The translations under genes were made by a program, and so were the position numbers. Source: Ktedonobacterales bacterium (lineage in GTDB: Bacteria > Chloroflexota > Ktedonobacteria > Ktedonobacterales > DATBGS01). From it: a DNA stretch of 64,000 bases. The DNA is taken from the NCBI GenBank assembly GCA_035307385.1, contig DATGID010000131.1, forward strand, positions 12,805 through 76,804. Direction: 5' to 3'. The notes under the pieces were generated by a model. It was not told the DNA's origin and did not search any database. It saw only the letters and a program-made list of their open reading frames with translations. Position 1 is the first letter of the stretch. Each line of letters begins with the position of its first letter. Below are positions 18,685 to 27,805 of the stretch, piece by piece.

Positions 18685-19974
18685 CTATTCTGGTGCGGCA
18701 GGTGATGCTTCCTCGCGGGCTGCAATATCCTGGCGGTAACGCCGTCCTTGAAACTGCACGCGCTCGATCTCCTCATACACGCGCTTCCTCGCGGCGGCAA
18801 CGTTCTGGCCGAGGGCAACTAGCGTCATCACGCGCCCGCCGGAGGTAAGCAACTGGCCGTCTTCAGCCAGCCTGGTGCCCGCGTGGAACGCCAGAATATC
18901 TGGCGGAAGTTGGTTAAGGCCTCTGATAGGGAAGCCCATCTGATATTGGTCGGGGTAGCCCGCCGACGCGAGCACAACCCCACAGGCGGCTTCGGGCCTC
19001 CAATCGATGCGCATTCCGGCCAGGCGTTGTTCGCTGGCGGCTGTGAAAAGGGAGAGCAGATCGCTTTGCAGGCGCGGCAGCATCACTTGAGTTTCAGGGT
19101 CGCCCAGGCGCGCGTTGAACTCCAGCACTTTTGGCCCGTCTTTAGTGAGCATCAGCCCGGCGTAGAGCACACCTACAAAGGGGCAGCTCTCCTGTGCCAT
19201 GGCTGTGATGGTGGGGCGCAGAATCGTCCGAAAAATCTGCTCGGCCAGGGCGGCATCGACAAAACCAGGCGGCGAATACGCGCCCATGCCTCCCGTGTTT
19301 AGCCCCCGGTCGCCATCAAGCGCGCGCTTATAATCGCAGGCAGCCGCCAGAGGCAGTATCGTGTTTCCATCGCTGAGGGCAAAGAAGGAGACCTCGCGCC
19401 CCTCCAGAAACTCTTCGAGCAAGATAGTGCTGCCTGCCGCGCCCAATCTCCGCTCGACGAGCAGCGCAGTGATAGCCGCTTCGGCCTCTTGTCTGGTGGC
19501 AACGATGCTGACGCCCTTGCCTGCCGCCAGGCCATCGGCCTTAATGACCAGCGGATAGCGGCATTCATTGGAAGCGAGAAACCGGAGGGCGACGTCGAGA
19601 TCATCAAAGCTGCTGGCTTGAGCGGTTGGTATGTGATAACGCTGCATCAGGTTTTTTGCCCAGCTTTTGCTGCTTTCAATCCGTGCGGCGGCTTTGGTCG
19701 GGCCAAAGACGCGCAGGCCGCGCTGCTGAAAAGCGTCCACGATGCCCCCGCCCAAGGGGTCGTCGGGGCCAATGATGGTGAGGTCAATGGCGTGCTCGGC
19801 GGCCCAGACAGCGCACTGCGCGAAGTCCAGGATCTGCAAGGGAATATTCTGGGCGAGTGCTGCTGTGCCGCCATTTCCAGGGGCGCAGTAGAGGGCGTTC
19901 ACCTCTGGCGAACGCGAGACAGCCCAGGCCAGGGCATGCTCGCGCGCCCCAGAGCCAATGATGAGTACGCGCAT
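18685..19974 (-). CDS. purD: phosphoribosylamine-glycine ligase
   Basis: MRVLIIGSGAREHALAW start and ATP-grasp core; 429 aa. The 75-codon upstream extension in the ORF track was rejected. Confidence 0.95.
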   Translation of the reverse strand: MRVLIIGSGAREHALAWAVSRSPEVNALYCAPGNGGTAALAQNIPLQILDFAQCAVWAAEHAIDLTIIGPDDPLGGGIVDAFQQRGLRVFGPTKAAARIESSKSWAKNLMQRYHIPTAQASSFDDLDVALRFLASNECRYPLVIKADGLAAGKGVSIVATRQEAEAAITALLVERRLGAAGSTILLEEFLEGREVSFFALSDGNTILPLAAACDYKRALDGDRGLNTGGMGAYSPPGFVDAALAEQIFRTILRPTITAMAQESCPFVGVLYAGLMLTKDGPKVLEFNARLGDPETQVMLPRLQSDLLSLFTAASEQRLAGMRIDWRPEAACGVVLASAGYPDQYQMGFPIRGLNQLPPDILAFHAGTRLAEDGQLLTSGGRVMTLVALGQNVAAARKRVYEEIERVQFQGRRYRQDIAAREEASPAAPE

Positions 19975-20250
19975 ATAGTGCTGCTTTCTGTACCAGCCTG
20001 CGGTGTGCTGGATGGCAGGCTGGCGAATGAGCGGAAACAGATTCGCTGTGTTTGGTGTCTTTGCCGGTCTTTGATATGTATGGTAACGATATTCTATCAA
20101 AATTAGGCGTATGAGGGCACCTGCCCTGTTGTGCTGCTTCCTCTTCTTTTGGGGCACCAATTGTTGTCGTGGCGTGCGCGTGTTACAATGGCTGGGCAAC
20201 AGGCGGAATAATTGGGAGAAGAGGGTTCCGCCGTTGGGGAGGGTATCGCC

Positions 20251-21153
20251 GTGCAGGTGACGTATCGCGCCGAGTCTCAGGGCGACTGGGGCACTTTTGA
20301 GTCAGTGCCGAGCGTTGAAGCCACGCAAGAATGGGTGACGATGAACGATGGCACGCGCTTGTTTTGCCGGGTCTGGCGCACAGACGCCTCAGCAACGCTG
20401 CTGATCTTGCATGGTCTGGGCGCGCACAGCGGCTGGTTCATCGATATGGGCAATGCCCTGGCGGCGCGTGGACTCAATGTCTGGGTTGTCGATCATCGCG
20501 GCTTTGGCCGCTCCGAGGGACCGCGTGGGCATGTTGCTGATTATCGGCGCTACCTTGAGGATAGCGATGCTGTTGTTGAGGCCGTGCGCGCAGCGCAGCC
20601 AGAAACGCCCGTCTTTTTGTTGGGACACAGCATGGGAGCTATCTTTGCCACGCATTATGCTGTGGCCCATCCCAAGAAGCTTGCCGGGCTGCTGCTCTTG
20701 AATCCCTGGGTAAAAGATCAATCCAAGGTATCGGCGGGCACATTGCTTGCGGTCCTCCCGCGTGGGATATTCAAGTCAGCCCGCACTTTTGCGGTGGCCG
20801 GTGGCCCCGATGTCATGACCACCAATCCCGAAGCGGTAAAATTGCTGAACGGTGACTCCTACTGGGTGCGCGCTGAGAGTGCCTCGTTTCTCTGGCAGAT
20901 TTCGCTGATGCGTGGCAAAATGCTAAGTCAGGCGCGGCGTGTTACGCTGCCTGCGCTCGTGCTTCAGGCAGGCCAGGATCGTTCCGTTGTTGCCAGTGCC
21001 TCCGAAGGGGCGTTCCGGCAACTGGGCAGCGCCGATAAAACCTGGAAATGGTATCCTGCTTATGCGCATGATAGCGAATTTGAAGCTGATCGCAGCGCCA
21101 TGGATGACGACATTGCCAACTGGATCAAGGCCCATATAGAACAACCGCACTGA
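20251..21153 (+). CDS. alpha/beta hydrolase (lysophospholipase / monoacylglycerol lipase-like)
   Basis: GTG 20251 lies 7 nt after GGGGAGGG. LILHGLGAHSGWF and GHSMGA nucleophile elbow. Confidence 0.75.
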   Translation: MQVTYRAESQGDWGTFESVPSVEATQEWVTMNDGTRLFCRVWRTDASATLLILHGLGAHSGWFIDMGNALAARGLNVWVVDHRGFGRSEGPRGHVADYRRYLEDSDAVVEAVRAAQPETPVFLLGHSMGAIFATHYAVAHPKKLAGLLLLNPWVKDQSKVSAGTLLAVLPRGIFKSARTFAVAGGPDVMTTNPEAVKLLNGDSYWVRAESASFLWQISLMRGKMLSQARRVTLPALVLQAGQDRSVVASASEGAFRQLGSADKTWKWYPAYAHDSEFEADRSAMDDDIANWIKAHIEQPH

Positions 21154-21170
21154 CGATAGAATTAGACACC

Positions 21171-22628
21171 ATGTTAGACATCATTCTTCAATTAGCCAGG
21201 ATTTTTCAAGATCATGGCAAGCAGGTTTATATGGTTGGTGGGACGGTGCGCGATCTTTTGTTGCACCGCGAATCTAGCCCTGATGCCGACCTTACCACTG
21301 ATGCCACTCCCGAGGAGGTCAAGCGCTTAGTGGACCCGACCCATCCCAAGGCGGTGGTGTTGGTGGGCGAGCGCTTTGGCACGGTGCGGCTCTATTATCG
21401 GAACGAGGCGCGCTCGGCAGGTTTTTCTGATGAGGAATCATCCGCTGGAGCGGTGCCCGGCGAGCCGACAGAAGATATTATCGAGATCACGACGTTTCGC
21501 ACAGAGCGCTATAACTCAGACTCGCGCAAGCCGGAAGTGGCTTTTGGGACGGTGCTGGAAGAAGACCTGCTGCGTCGCGATTTTACCATCAATGCGATGG
21601 CGCGCGACCCCTTGACAGGTGCAATCATCGACCCCTTTGGGGGCCGGACCGATCTGGAAGCGCGCGTCCTGCGAGCGGTGGGCAATGAACCCGAAAAGCG
21701 GTTCGATGAAGACCCACTGCGCCTGTTGCGTGCCGTGCGTTTTGCCGCCCAGCTTGATTTTGCCATTGAGCCAAAGACCGCCCAGGCGATTGCCAACCAG
21801 GCCCAGACATTAGAGAAGATTAGTCGCGAACGTATCCGCGATGAAATGAATAAAATCTTGCTTTCCCCTCAGCCTACCGTGGGATTGCGTCTGATGGTTG
21901 ATCTGGGCTTGATGCAATGGGTGATTCCTGAAGTGCTGGAACTGCGTGGGGTGAGCCAGCGCCCGGTGCAATCCAAAGATGTCTATGCTCATACGCTGCA
22001 AGTGGTGCAAAATACGCCGCCGCGCCTGCTGACACGCTGGGCAGGTTTGCTGCATGATATTGCCAAGCCGCGCACGCGCACCATTGAAGATGGGAAGGTG
22101 CATTTCTTTGGACATGAAGATGTGGGCGCGCATATGGCCCGCGATATTCTGCGCCGCCTGAAGTTTGATCGCGAGCATATCGAGGGGGTGACCCTGCTGG
22201 TGCACATGCACATGCGTTCGAACGCCTATATGTCTGATTGGACGGATGGCGCGGTGCGACGTTTGATGCTGGAGGCAGATGATCGCTTGCCTGACCTGCT
22301 CGATCTCTCCCAGGCGGACATTACCAGCTATCGCCCAGAAAAGGTCAACCGTGCCGTTGCGCGCGTGCAGGAGTTACGCGCACGTGTCGCGTATCTGAAA
22401 GAGGAAGCCGAGCGGGTGCCTTTGAAAAGCCCACTCGACGGCAATGAGTTGATGAAGCTCTTTGGACGCGGCCCTGGCCCCTGGCTGAAGCCGGTGAAAG
22501 AACATTTGCTGGGACTGGTTATTGATGGCAAGATGCCGCCTGACGATAAGGCAGGGGCGGCTGAAGAGGCGCGGGCATTTGTCGCTGCCCACAGCGAACT
22601 CGAAACCTCCAGCGAGACACGCGGCTAA
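21171..22628 (+). CDS. cca: CCA-adding tRNA nucleotidyltransferase (PolyA_pol family with HD domain)
   Basis: GGTVRDLLL, DLTT, RRDFTINAMA head-domain motifs, and a C-terminal HD motif (LLHDIAKP). Confidence 0.85.
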   Translation: MLDIILQLARIFQDHGKQVYMVGGTVRDLLLHRESSPDADLTTDATPEEVKRLVDPTHPKAVVLVGERFGTVRLYYRNEARSAGFSDEESSAGAVPGEPTEDIIEITTFRTERYNSDSRKPEVAFGTVLEEDLLRRDFTINAMARDPLTGAIIDPFGGRTDLEARVLRAVGNEPEKRFDEDPLRLLRAVRFAAQLDFAIEPKTAQAIANQAQTLEKISRERIRDEMNKILLSPQPTVGLRLMVDLGLMQWVIPEVLELRGVSQRPVQSKDVYAHTLQVVQNTPPRLLTRWAGLLHDIAKPRTRTIEDGKVHFFGHEDVGAHMARDILRRLKFDREHIEGVTLLVHMHMRSNAYMSDWTDGAVRRLMLEADDRLPDLLDLSQADITSYRPEKVNRAVARVQELRARVAYLKEEAERVPLKSPLDGNELMKLFGRGPGPWLKPVKEHLLGLVIDGKMPPDDKAGAAEEARAFVAAHSELETSSETRG

Positions 22629-22650
22629 TGCGCTCGCACGCGCGCCGTGC

Positions 22651-22680
22651 TTGACGAGATACGTTTCATAGTGATATATT
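22651..22680 (+). promoter_or_regulatory. candidate sigma-70 promoter of rnpB
   Basis: TTGACG (22651-22656), 18-nt spacer, extended -10 TG-a-TATATT (22672-22680). It ends 7-8 nt before the predicted 5' end of the RNase P P1 helix. Confidence 0.5.
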
Positions 22681-22687
22681 TACCGAT

Positions 22688-23088
22688 GGGCCTGAGCAAG
22701 CAGGGCAATCGCGGGCGGCTTTCAAGCCGTCTGAGGAAAGTCCGAACTCCATAGAGCGGGATGCTGGATAACGTCCAGCGGGGGCGACCCCAGGGAAAGT
22801 GCCACAGAAACATACCGCCCGGCAACGGGTAAGGGTGAAATGGTGAGGTAAGAGCTTACCAGCAATCAGGTGACTGATTGGCTGCGGTAAACCCCATCTG
22901 GAGCAAGGCCAGACAGGAGGAATGGCGCGATCAGCGTGCTGGTTGCGCCTGCGGGTGGCTCGCCCGCGTCACCTCCGGGTAGGCTGCTGGAGGCGTCGGG
23001 CAACCGTCGCCCTAGATAGATGATTGTCATCTATCGCTGCCGTAAGGCGCGATGGACACAGAATTCGGCTTATTGCTCACTCAGGCCC
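22688..23088 (+). ncRNA. rnpB: RNase P RNA, bacterial type A
   Basis: Universal blocks GAGGAAAGTCCG, ACAGAAACATACCGCC, GGTAAGGGTGAAA, GTAAACCCCA, ACAGAATTCGGCTTAT. P1 pairs GGGCCTGAGCAA (22688-) with TTGCTCACTCAGGCCC (-23088). Confidence 0.9.
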
Positions 23089-23434
23089 AACCACAGGTGG
23101 CCGCTGATTTGCTCTCCCCTGTTGCTTGCGCCAGCCCTGTCTGCTGGCGTCCCCAGCTATAGGCATAGATTTTGCGAAGAAGATTTCCTGTGCATGCCTG
23201 ATTACCTGCTAGAGTGCATCAGGGGTCTGGTGTTTGAGGGGAGTGTCCCATCCACCAGCCACGAATGCATGCTGGCAATGTGCACGGTTGTCGGCTCGAT
23301 TGCAATTGCTGACATGAGATACGATGTCAGGCACGCGCCACTGTCCTGAGGGCGCTCGTCTCATGGGGAGACGAAGTGAGGAGGGCAAAGGGTTGAGGAG
23401 GGCACGCCTTCAGGCTCTACTAGGAGGAGTACGT

Positions 23435-24802
23435 ATGCTGAAGGAGTCATCCCAGAAAGAGGCTCTGCCGAAGCATCCCTTTAAACGAACGCTTAGTCCT
23501 ATCCTCACCCGTTCCCCCATCGCTTTCCTGGCAAGTTTCCCCCCGCGCGAGTGTGGTATCGCTACCTTTACCGCTGATCTCGCTGAGGCCGTTGATAATG
23601 CTGGATTGTTGGCACAGTCCAGTCAGGTCATTGCGGTAAATCCAGGGGGACGGCAGTATAGCTATGGGTCTCGTGTTCGCTGGACGATTGAGCGGGATGA
23701 CCTGGAGAGCTATCGGCGCGCTGCCCGAGCTATCAACCGTTCGCGTGTGCAACTCGTCTCTATTCAGCATGAGTATGGACTGTTTGGTGGAGAATACGGC
23801 GGCTACCTGCTCGCCTTCCTGCGCGCGTTAGATAAGCCGGTGACACTCACTATGCACACTGTTCTGGAACATCCAGACCCGGCTATGCAGCGGGTAACAG
23901 AGGAATTGGCGCAGGCTGTTTCATCAGTGGTGGTGCTGGCAGAACGCGCCAGGACGATTCTCTCAGAATATTATCCGCGCGTTGATACAGACAAAGTACA
24001 CTTTATTCCCCATGGCACGCCTGAGGTACCCTATGCGCCCACTGCCCCCTTCAAGAAGGTATTGGGCCTGGAAGGGCGTACGGTGCTGGCTACGTTTGGC
24101 TTGTTAGGCCCGGACAAGGGCATCGAATATGCCCTGGATGCGCTGCCCGCTGTCTTGCAGCGGCATCCCGATCTCCTCTACCTGGTCTTGGGGGAGACCC
24201 ATCCTGAACTGCGTCGCCACAGCGGCGAGTCGTATCGCGAGTTTCTCATGGAGCGCGTGGCAGAGTTAGGGCTGCAAGAGCATGTGCGCTTTTACAAGCG
24301 ATACCTGGATAGAAGTGAATTGGTAGAGTTTCTGCAAGCGACAGATATTTATGTGATCCCCTATCTCAATCCTTACCAGATTGCCAGCGGCACGCTTTCG
24401 TACGCCGTTGCCAGCGGCAAAGCGGTGGTATCGACTCCTTTTGTGCACGCGCAGGAGTTATTGAGCGAGGGGCGCGGCTTGCTGGCGCGGTTCCGCGATA
24501 GCGCGTCGCTTGCTGTGGCGATGAATACGCTGCTGGACCAACCGGCTTTGCGCGCGCAGATGGAGCGTGCGGCCTATAACTACGGGAAGCGTATGCACTG
24601 GTCATCGGTGGGACGCTCCTATTGCCGCTTATTCCAGCGCCTGGTGGGGATGCCCACCCAGCAGCGCCGCGCTGAAATTACCAGCCCTGCTGCTTCTCTG
24701 GGGCTTCTTCGACGCAGAAGTATTGCACCTCTGCCACTTGGCCCTGCTGATTTTCCCGGGCGCAGTGTTGCCAGCAGTGGAGAGACTTCCCTGGTACTCT
24801 AA
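23435..24802 (+). CDS. GT4-family (group 1) glycosyltransferase
   Basis: ATG 23435 lies 6 nt after AGGAGGAG. N-terminal FPPRECGIATFTADL and a C-terminal GT-B sugar-donor region (SGTLSYAVASGKAVVST). Confidence 0.75.
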   Translation: MLKESSQKEALPKHPFKRTLSPILTRSPIAFLASFPPRECGIATFTADLAEAVDNAGLLAQSSQVIAVNPGGRQYSYGSRVRWTIERDDLESYRRAARAINRSRVQLVSIQHEYGLFGGEYGGYLLAFLRALDKPVTLTMHTVLEHPDPAMQRVTEELAQAVSSVVVLAERARTILSEYYPRVDTDKVHFIPHGTPEVPYAPTAPFKKVLGLEGRTVLATFGLLGPDKGIEYALDALPAVLQRHPDLLYLVLGETHPELRRHSGESYREFLMERVAELGLQEHVRFYKRYLDRSELVEFLQATDIYVIPYLNPYQIASGTLSYAVASGKAVVSTPFVHAQELLSEGRGLLARFRDSASLAVAMNTLLDQPALRAQMERAAYNYGKRMHWSSVGRSYCRLFQRLVGMPTQQRRAEITSPAASLGLLRRRSIAPLPLGPADFPGRSVASSGETSLVL

Positions 24803-24816
24803 GTTCAGTTTGAAGG

Positions 24817-24885
24817 CAACGTAAATGGAGAGAGCGGCGTTGGCGATCAGAGACCCTGCCAACGCCGCTCTCTCCATTTACGTTG
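24817..24885. terminator. perfect 28-bp-stem hairpin at a convergent gene junction
   Basis: CAACGTAAATGGAGAGAGCGGCGTTGGC (24817-24844), 13-nt loop, exact reverse complement at 24858-24885. The right arm overlaps the moaC stop codon. Confidence 0.55.
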
Positions 24886-25396
24886 GTGGTTGCTCTGCGT
24901 TTGATGGGGGTAAAAGCGGTTCTTCAGCGCGCTCGAAGACACCACTTTTGCCGCCACTTTTGCGCATCAAGCGAATGTGCTCGATGGTCATTTCGCGATC
25001 TACAGCTTTGCACATGTCGTAGATGGTCAGCGCGGCAGCGCTGACGGCTGTCAGCGCCTCCATTTCGGCACCTGTCTTACCCACCGTGCGCACGGTGGCG
25101 CGAATGGTGACGGTGTGGCGTGTTTCGTCTAGGTGAAAGGCTAGTTCGACGCCAGTTAAGAGCAGCGTATGGCACATGGGAATGATTTGCGGTGTTTGTT
25201 TGGCGGCCATGATGCCTGCGACCTGGGCAACTGCCAGCACATCGCCCTTGGCAACCTGGCCTGCCCGAATGCGCGCCAGCGTTTCTGCCTGCATGTGTAT
25301 CTCGCCTTCGGCAATGGCTTCGCGGGCGGTATCGGCTTTCGCGCCAACGTCAACCATGCGCGCCCGGCCCGCTTCATCAAAATGTGTGAGTTCCAT
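24878..25396 (-). CDS. moaC: cyclic pyranopterin monophosphate synthase MoaC
   Basis: [57 protein letters not shown] 25396 lies after GGGAGGG; the upstream ORF extension was rejected. Confidence 0.9.
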   Translation of the reverse strand: MELTHFDEAGRARMVDVGAKADTAREAIAEGEIHMQAETLARIRAGQVAKGDVLAVAQVAGIMAAKQTPQIIPMCHTLLLTGVELAFHLDETRHTVTIRATVRTVGKTGAEMEALTAVSAAALTIYDMCKAVDREMTIEHIRLMRKSGGKSGVFERAEEPLLPPSNAEQPPT

Positions 25397-25608
25397 GGCT
25401 TCCCTCCCTTCTAAGAGACGTTTCAGCAGGGCGAAGTGGTCACGATGATGGGCGCTGGCAGTGACGTGAGCCGCTGAAGTACAATGAGGGCGCGCAAGCA
25501 AAAAGGATAGGAGTATCCCTTGATGGGAGGCGCATTTCCGCTTTTGATAGGGCGATGCAGAAAGATGATGTGGCGGGCGGAGCCGCGCTAAGTCCCGATA
25601 CGAGATGA

Positions 25609-26571
25609 GTGATGAATAAGCAAGATTTAGAGAGACTGGGGGACACAAGGGCAGCGATGAACCAGCCAGAAGGAACGCTTGCCTCGTTAGGCAAGCCAAC
25701 CAACCCCATTGGTCGGGCGCAACCAATTGAGCCAGATGCCGCGCTTGGTGAAATAGAAATGGAAGAGGGGCATGAGGTCATCCCCTGGCGCGGCCAGACT
25801 GTTGAACAGGTCAGTAAAGATTTTGTGTTGGCACAGGTAGACCCCGTGCTGCCAGAGGTGCGTGAGCGTCTCTGGAAACGGAACAGCAGCGGGCGCTACG
25901 AGATTCCAGAGGCGCATCTGGTGTTGGGCATTCGCGCCTTTGTGGCGCGAGGCGATCAAGAGCGGGTGCGGTTGCTCAGCGAGGTCCTGCTGGATCGCTG
26001 TCAGAGCGAGTTCCAGCGGCGCTCGCTGGGCCTGCGACATCGCCCAGCCCTGATGGAAGACGCAATTGCAGGCATGGCCGAGCAACTGCTCCACGAGGCG
26101 CAAGACCCGCGCGAGGAGTTTATGATTCTCAACTTCACCCATTATTTGCGCTGCCTCTGCGCGGATAATTTTAACGCAGTGCTGCGCCAGGAGGGTCTGC
26201 GATATCGTCGAGATGAAGAGGGCCGCCCGGCAGGTCGCCCGACGCATGTGCCAGCAGCCCTGGTGGAGCGGATTCATACCGCGCAGGAAGAGGATGAGGG
26301 GGGAATGGGAGTCAGCGGGGCGCATCTGGCCGACCCATCAGATGATATAGAGTCGTTCCATGCCGTTATGGAGGCGCGGCGGGTGCTGACGTACCTGGCC
26401 GACCCTCTGGACCGCACCATTGTCACCTTGCGGGCGTTGGAAGGGCTGAAATGGGACGAGATTGCTCGTCTTTGTGGAAAGACAGAGCGAACAATGCGCC
26501 TGCGTTATGAGCGGGCACGGGCGTTTTTGCGGGCATGTGTTGAACGCGAAGCGGCCAGCGAAGGAGCCTAA
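25609..26571 (+). CDS. divergent sigma-70-family (ECF-like) regulator with long N-terminal extension
   Basis: C-terminal region-4-like HTH ([40 protein letters not shown]). Region-2-like segment ([35 protein letters not shown]). Start uncertain (25609/25612/25657). Confidence 0.55.
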   Translation: MMNKQDLERLGDTRAAMNQPEGTLASLGKPTNPIGRAQPIEPDAALGEIEMEEGHEVIPWRGQTVEQVSKDFVLAQVDPVLPEVRERLWKRNSSGRYEIPEAHLVLGIRAFVARGDQERVRLLSEVLLDRCQSEFQRRSLGLRHRPALMEDAIAGMAEQLLHEAQDPREEFMILNFTHYLRCLCADNFNAVLRQEGLRYRRDEEGRPAGRPTHVPAALVERIHTAQEEDEGGMGVSGAHLADPSDDIESFHAVMEARRVLTYLADPLDRTIVTLRALEGLKWDEIARLCGKTERTMRLRYERARAFLRACVEREAASEGA

Positions 26572-26573
26572 CA

Positions 26574-27245
26574 ATGGTACAGCGAGAGAAGCAGAAAGAG
26601 TCCCGCGAGTTGCAACAAGCTAAGATGGAACTGGCGGCGGCGCACGCTGCTGGCGAGGCAATGTTGCTGCGTCAGGTGGCGCTGCGTTATCCGGCGCAGC
26701 TTGAAACGCTCACCGATTTTGTGGCGGGCTTGTATGCCACTGATGTGGATGAGCAAGGGGTTGCCCTGCCTGTGACGGCTGACATCGAAGCACTGACGCT
26801 GCGTGCCCGCCAGCGTGCGCTCAGCGCCGTTTTTAGCGCGGCCAGCGCGTCTCCATCAAGCACTGTTGCCGTCAACACGCTGGCGCAGGTGCGCAAAGCC
26901 AGTGGCCTGTCTCTGGTGGAATTGGCGCGACGGCTGGCGCTTGGCGCTGATGTGGTGCAGAAGCTGGAGCGGGGCCGCATTACAGCAGCGAGTGTGCCAC
27001 AGCGGTTGGTAGATCGGCTGGCGGAGACGCTGGCGGTCTCGAAAGAGCAAATCTGGTCGATGCTGCGCAGCACACCAGGAACCAGTGTTCAGCCCGCTTT
27101 GCTGCGTCAGCGTTCTGTTGGAAAAGTGAGCCAACCGGAGGGCCAGCCCGTTCAGGAGCAGGCTTTTGCCGAAGCCGTCCAGCACAGCCCTTCGATGGCA
27201 GCAGAGCAACGGGCGTTCTGGCTGGAAGAGAACCCTCAGGATTGA
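26574..27245 (+). CDS. XRE-type helix-turn-helix protein, partner of the sigma-like gene
   Basis: Starts 3 nt after the upstream stop. Central HTH: LAQVRKASGLSLVELARRLALGADVVQKLERGRI. Confidence 0.55.
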   Translation: MVQREKQKESRELQQAKMELAAAHAAGEAMLLRQVALRYPAQLETLTDFVAGLYATDVDEQGVALPVTADIEALTLRARQRALSAVFSAASASPSSTVAVNTLAQVRKASGLSLVELARRLALGADVVQKLERGRITAASVPQRLVDRLAETLAVSKEQIWSMLRSTPGTSVQPALLRQRSVGKVSQPEGQPVQEQAFAEAVQHSPSMAAEQRAFWLEENPQD

Positions 27246-27252
27246 GGATAAC

Positions 27253-27597
27253 TCAGCGCGGGTTCTCTTCCAAGATTTTCAGGACCCCATGGTAAATGAA
27301 AATGCACATCAGGCCTAAGACAAGCGCCAGCAAGAGCGCGCCATAAAAAGGGCGCGTGGCGTCGATGGGGCGATTGTCGGCAAGGTCGGCGCTGGCCTGG
27401 GTGATGTAGGCGTAGAGAAAATCAATCGAAAATGCGGCCAGTGGAATGGATGGGAGCAGCACCTTGAGAAAGCGTCTGGCTTGATACTCCCTGGTGCTGG
27501 TGCTCTCTGGTGTAGACCAATAAAAAAGTGGCTCTGATGATGCCAGCGCTTGATCGCGGGCGGTCTGCTCTGAAGTCAGCGTCTGTGTCGGGTCCAT
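27253..27597 (-). CDS. small membrane protein, unknown function
   Basis: ATG 27597 lies after GAGGAAG. Two hydrophobic helices. Confidence 0.45.
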   Translation of the reverse strand: MDPTQTLTSEQTARDQALASSEPLFYWSTPESTSTREYQARRFLKVLLPSIPLAAFSIDFLYAYITQASADLADNRPIDATRPFYGALLLALVLGLMCIFIYHGVLKILEENPR

Positions 27598-27805
27598 GGT
27601 TCTCTTCCTCTTCCAACGGGAGCTAAAAAACAATCCCTGCGCCCCTGCCTCCTCGTTTGCCTTGCGGCAACGTTATTCCTCTGATTTTCTAGTGAATGGA
27701 TGATCCTACCCGTTAAACGTGGGAACAGCCAGTCAGTATCACTGTACGGCTGGTGGTTTGCTCCAATGAGAGGATGATCCTACCCTCCCCGTTTTCCAGT
27801 GACAT

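Noticed and set aside
19975-20199. Upstream extensions of ORF-track entries: purD to 20199, moaC to 25726, amidohydrolase to 41749, csoR to 8265, psuG to 44578, alpha/beta hydrolase to 4022
   Set aside because: In each case a downstream ATG with a good Shine-Dalgarno coincides with the conserved family N-terminus. The extensions have non-protein-like composition or overlap neighbouring genes.
22625-23349. ORFs 22625-22825 (minus) and 23020-23349 (plus)
   Set aside because: They lie on the RNase P RNA gene, whose conserved blocks and P1 helix are unmistakable. They are not coding.
24629-25022. Two small ORFs on opposite strands, both starting MERAALA (24629-24877 minus, 24825-25022 plus)
   Set aside because: They are mirror images produced by the 28-bp inverted repeat. 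There is no RBS, and they overlap moaC and the glycosyltransferase 3' end.
25397-25608. Possible Moco riboswitch in the 212-nt region upstream of moaC (minus-strand GGCUCCGCCCGCC ... GCGCCUCCC elements)
   Set aside because: I cannot reconstruct the conserved Moco helices from memory with confidence. The CCUCCC element lies about 135 nt from the start codon rather than overlapping the RBS. The region also has to house the divergent promoter. It needs cmsearch with Rfam RF01055; a significant hit would reverse this rejection.
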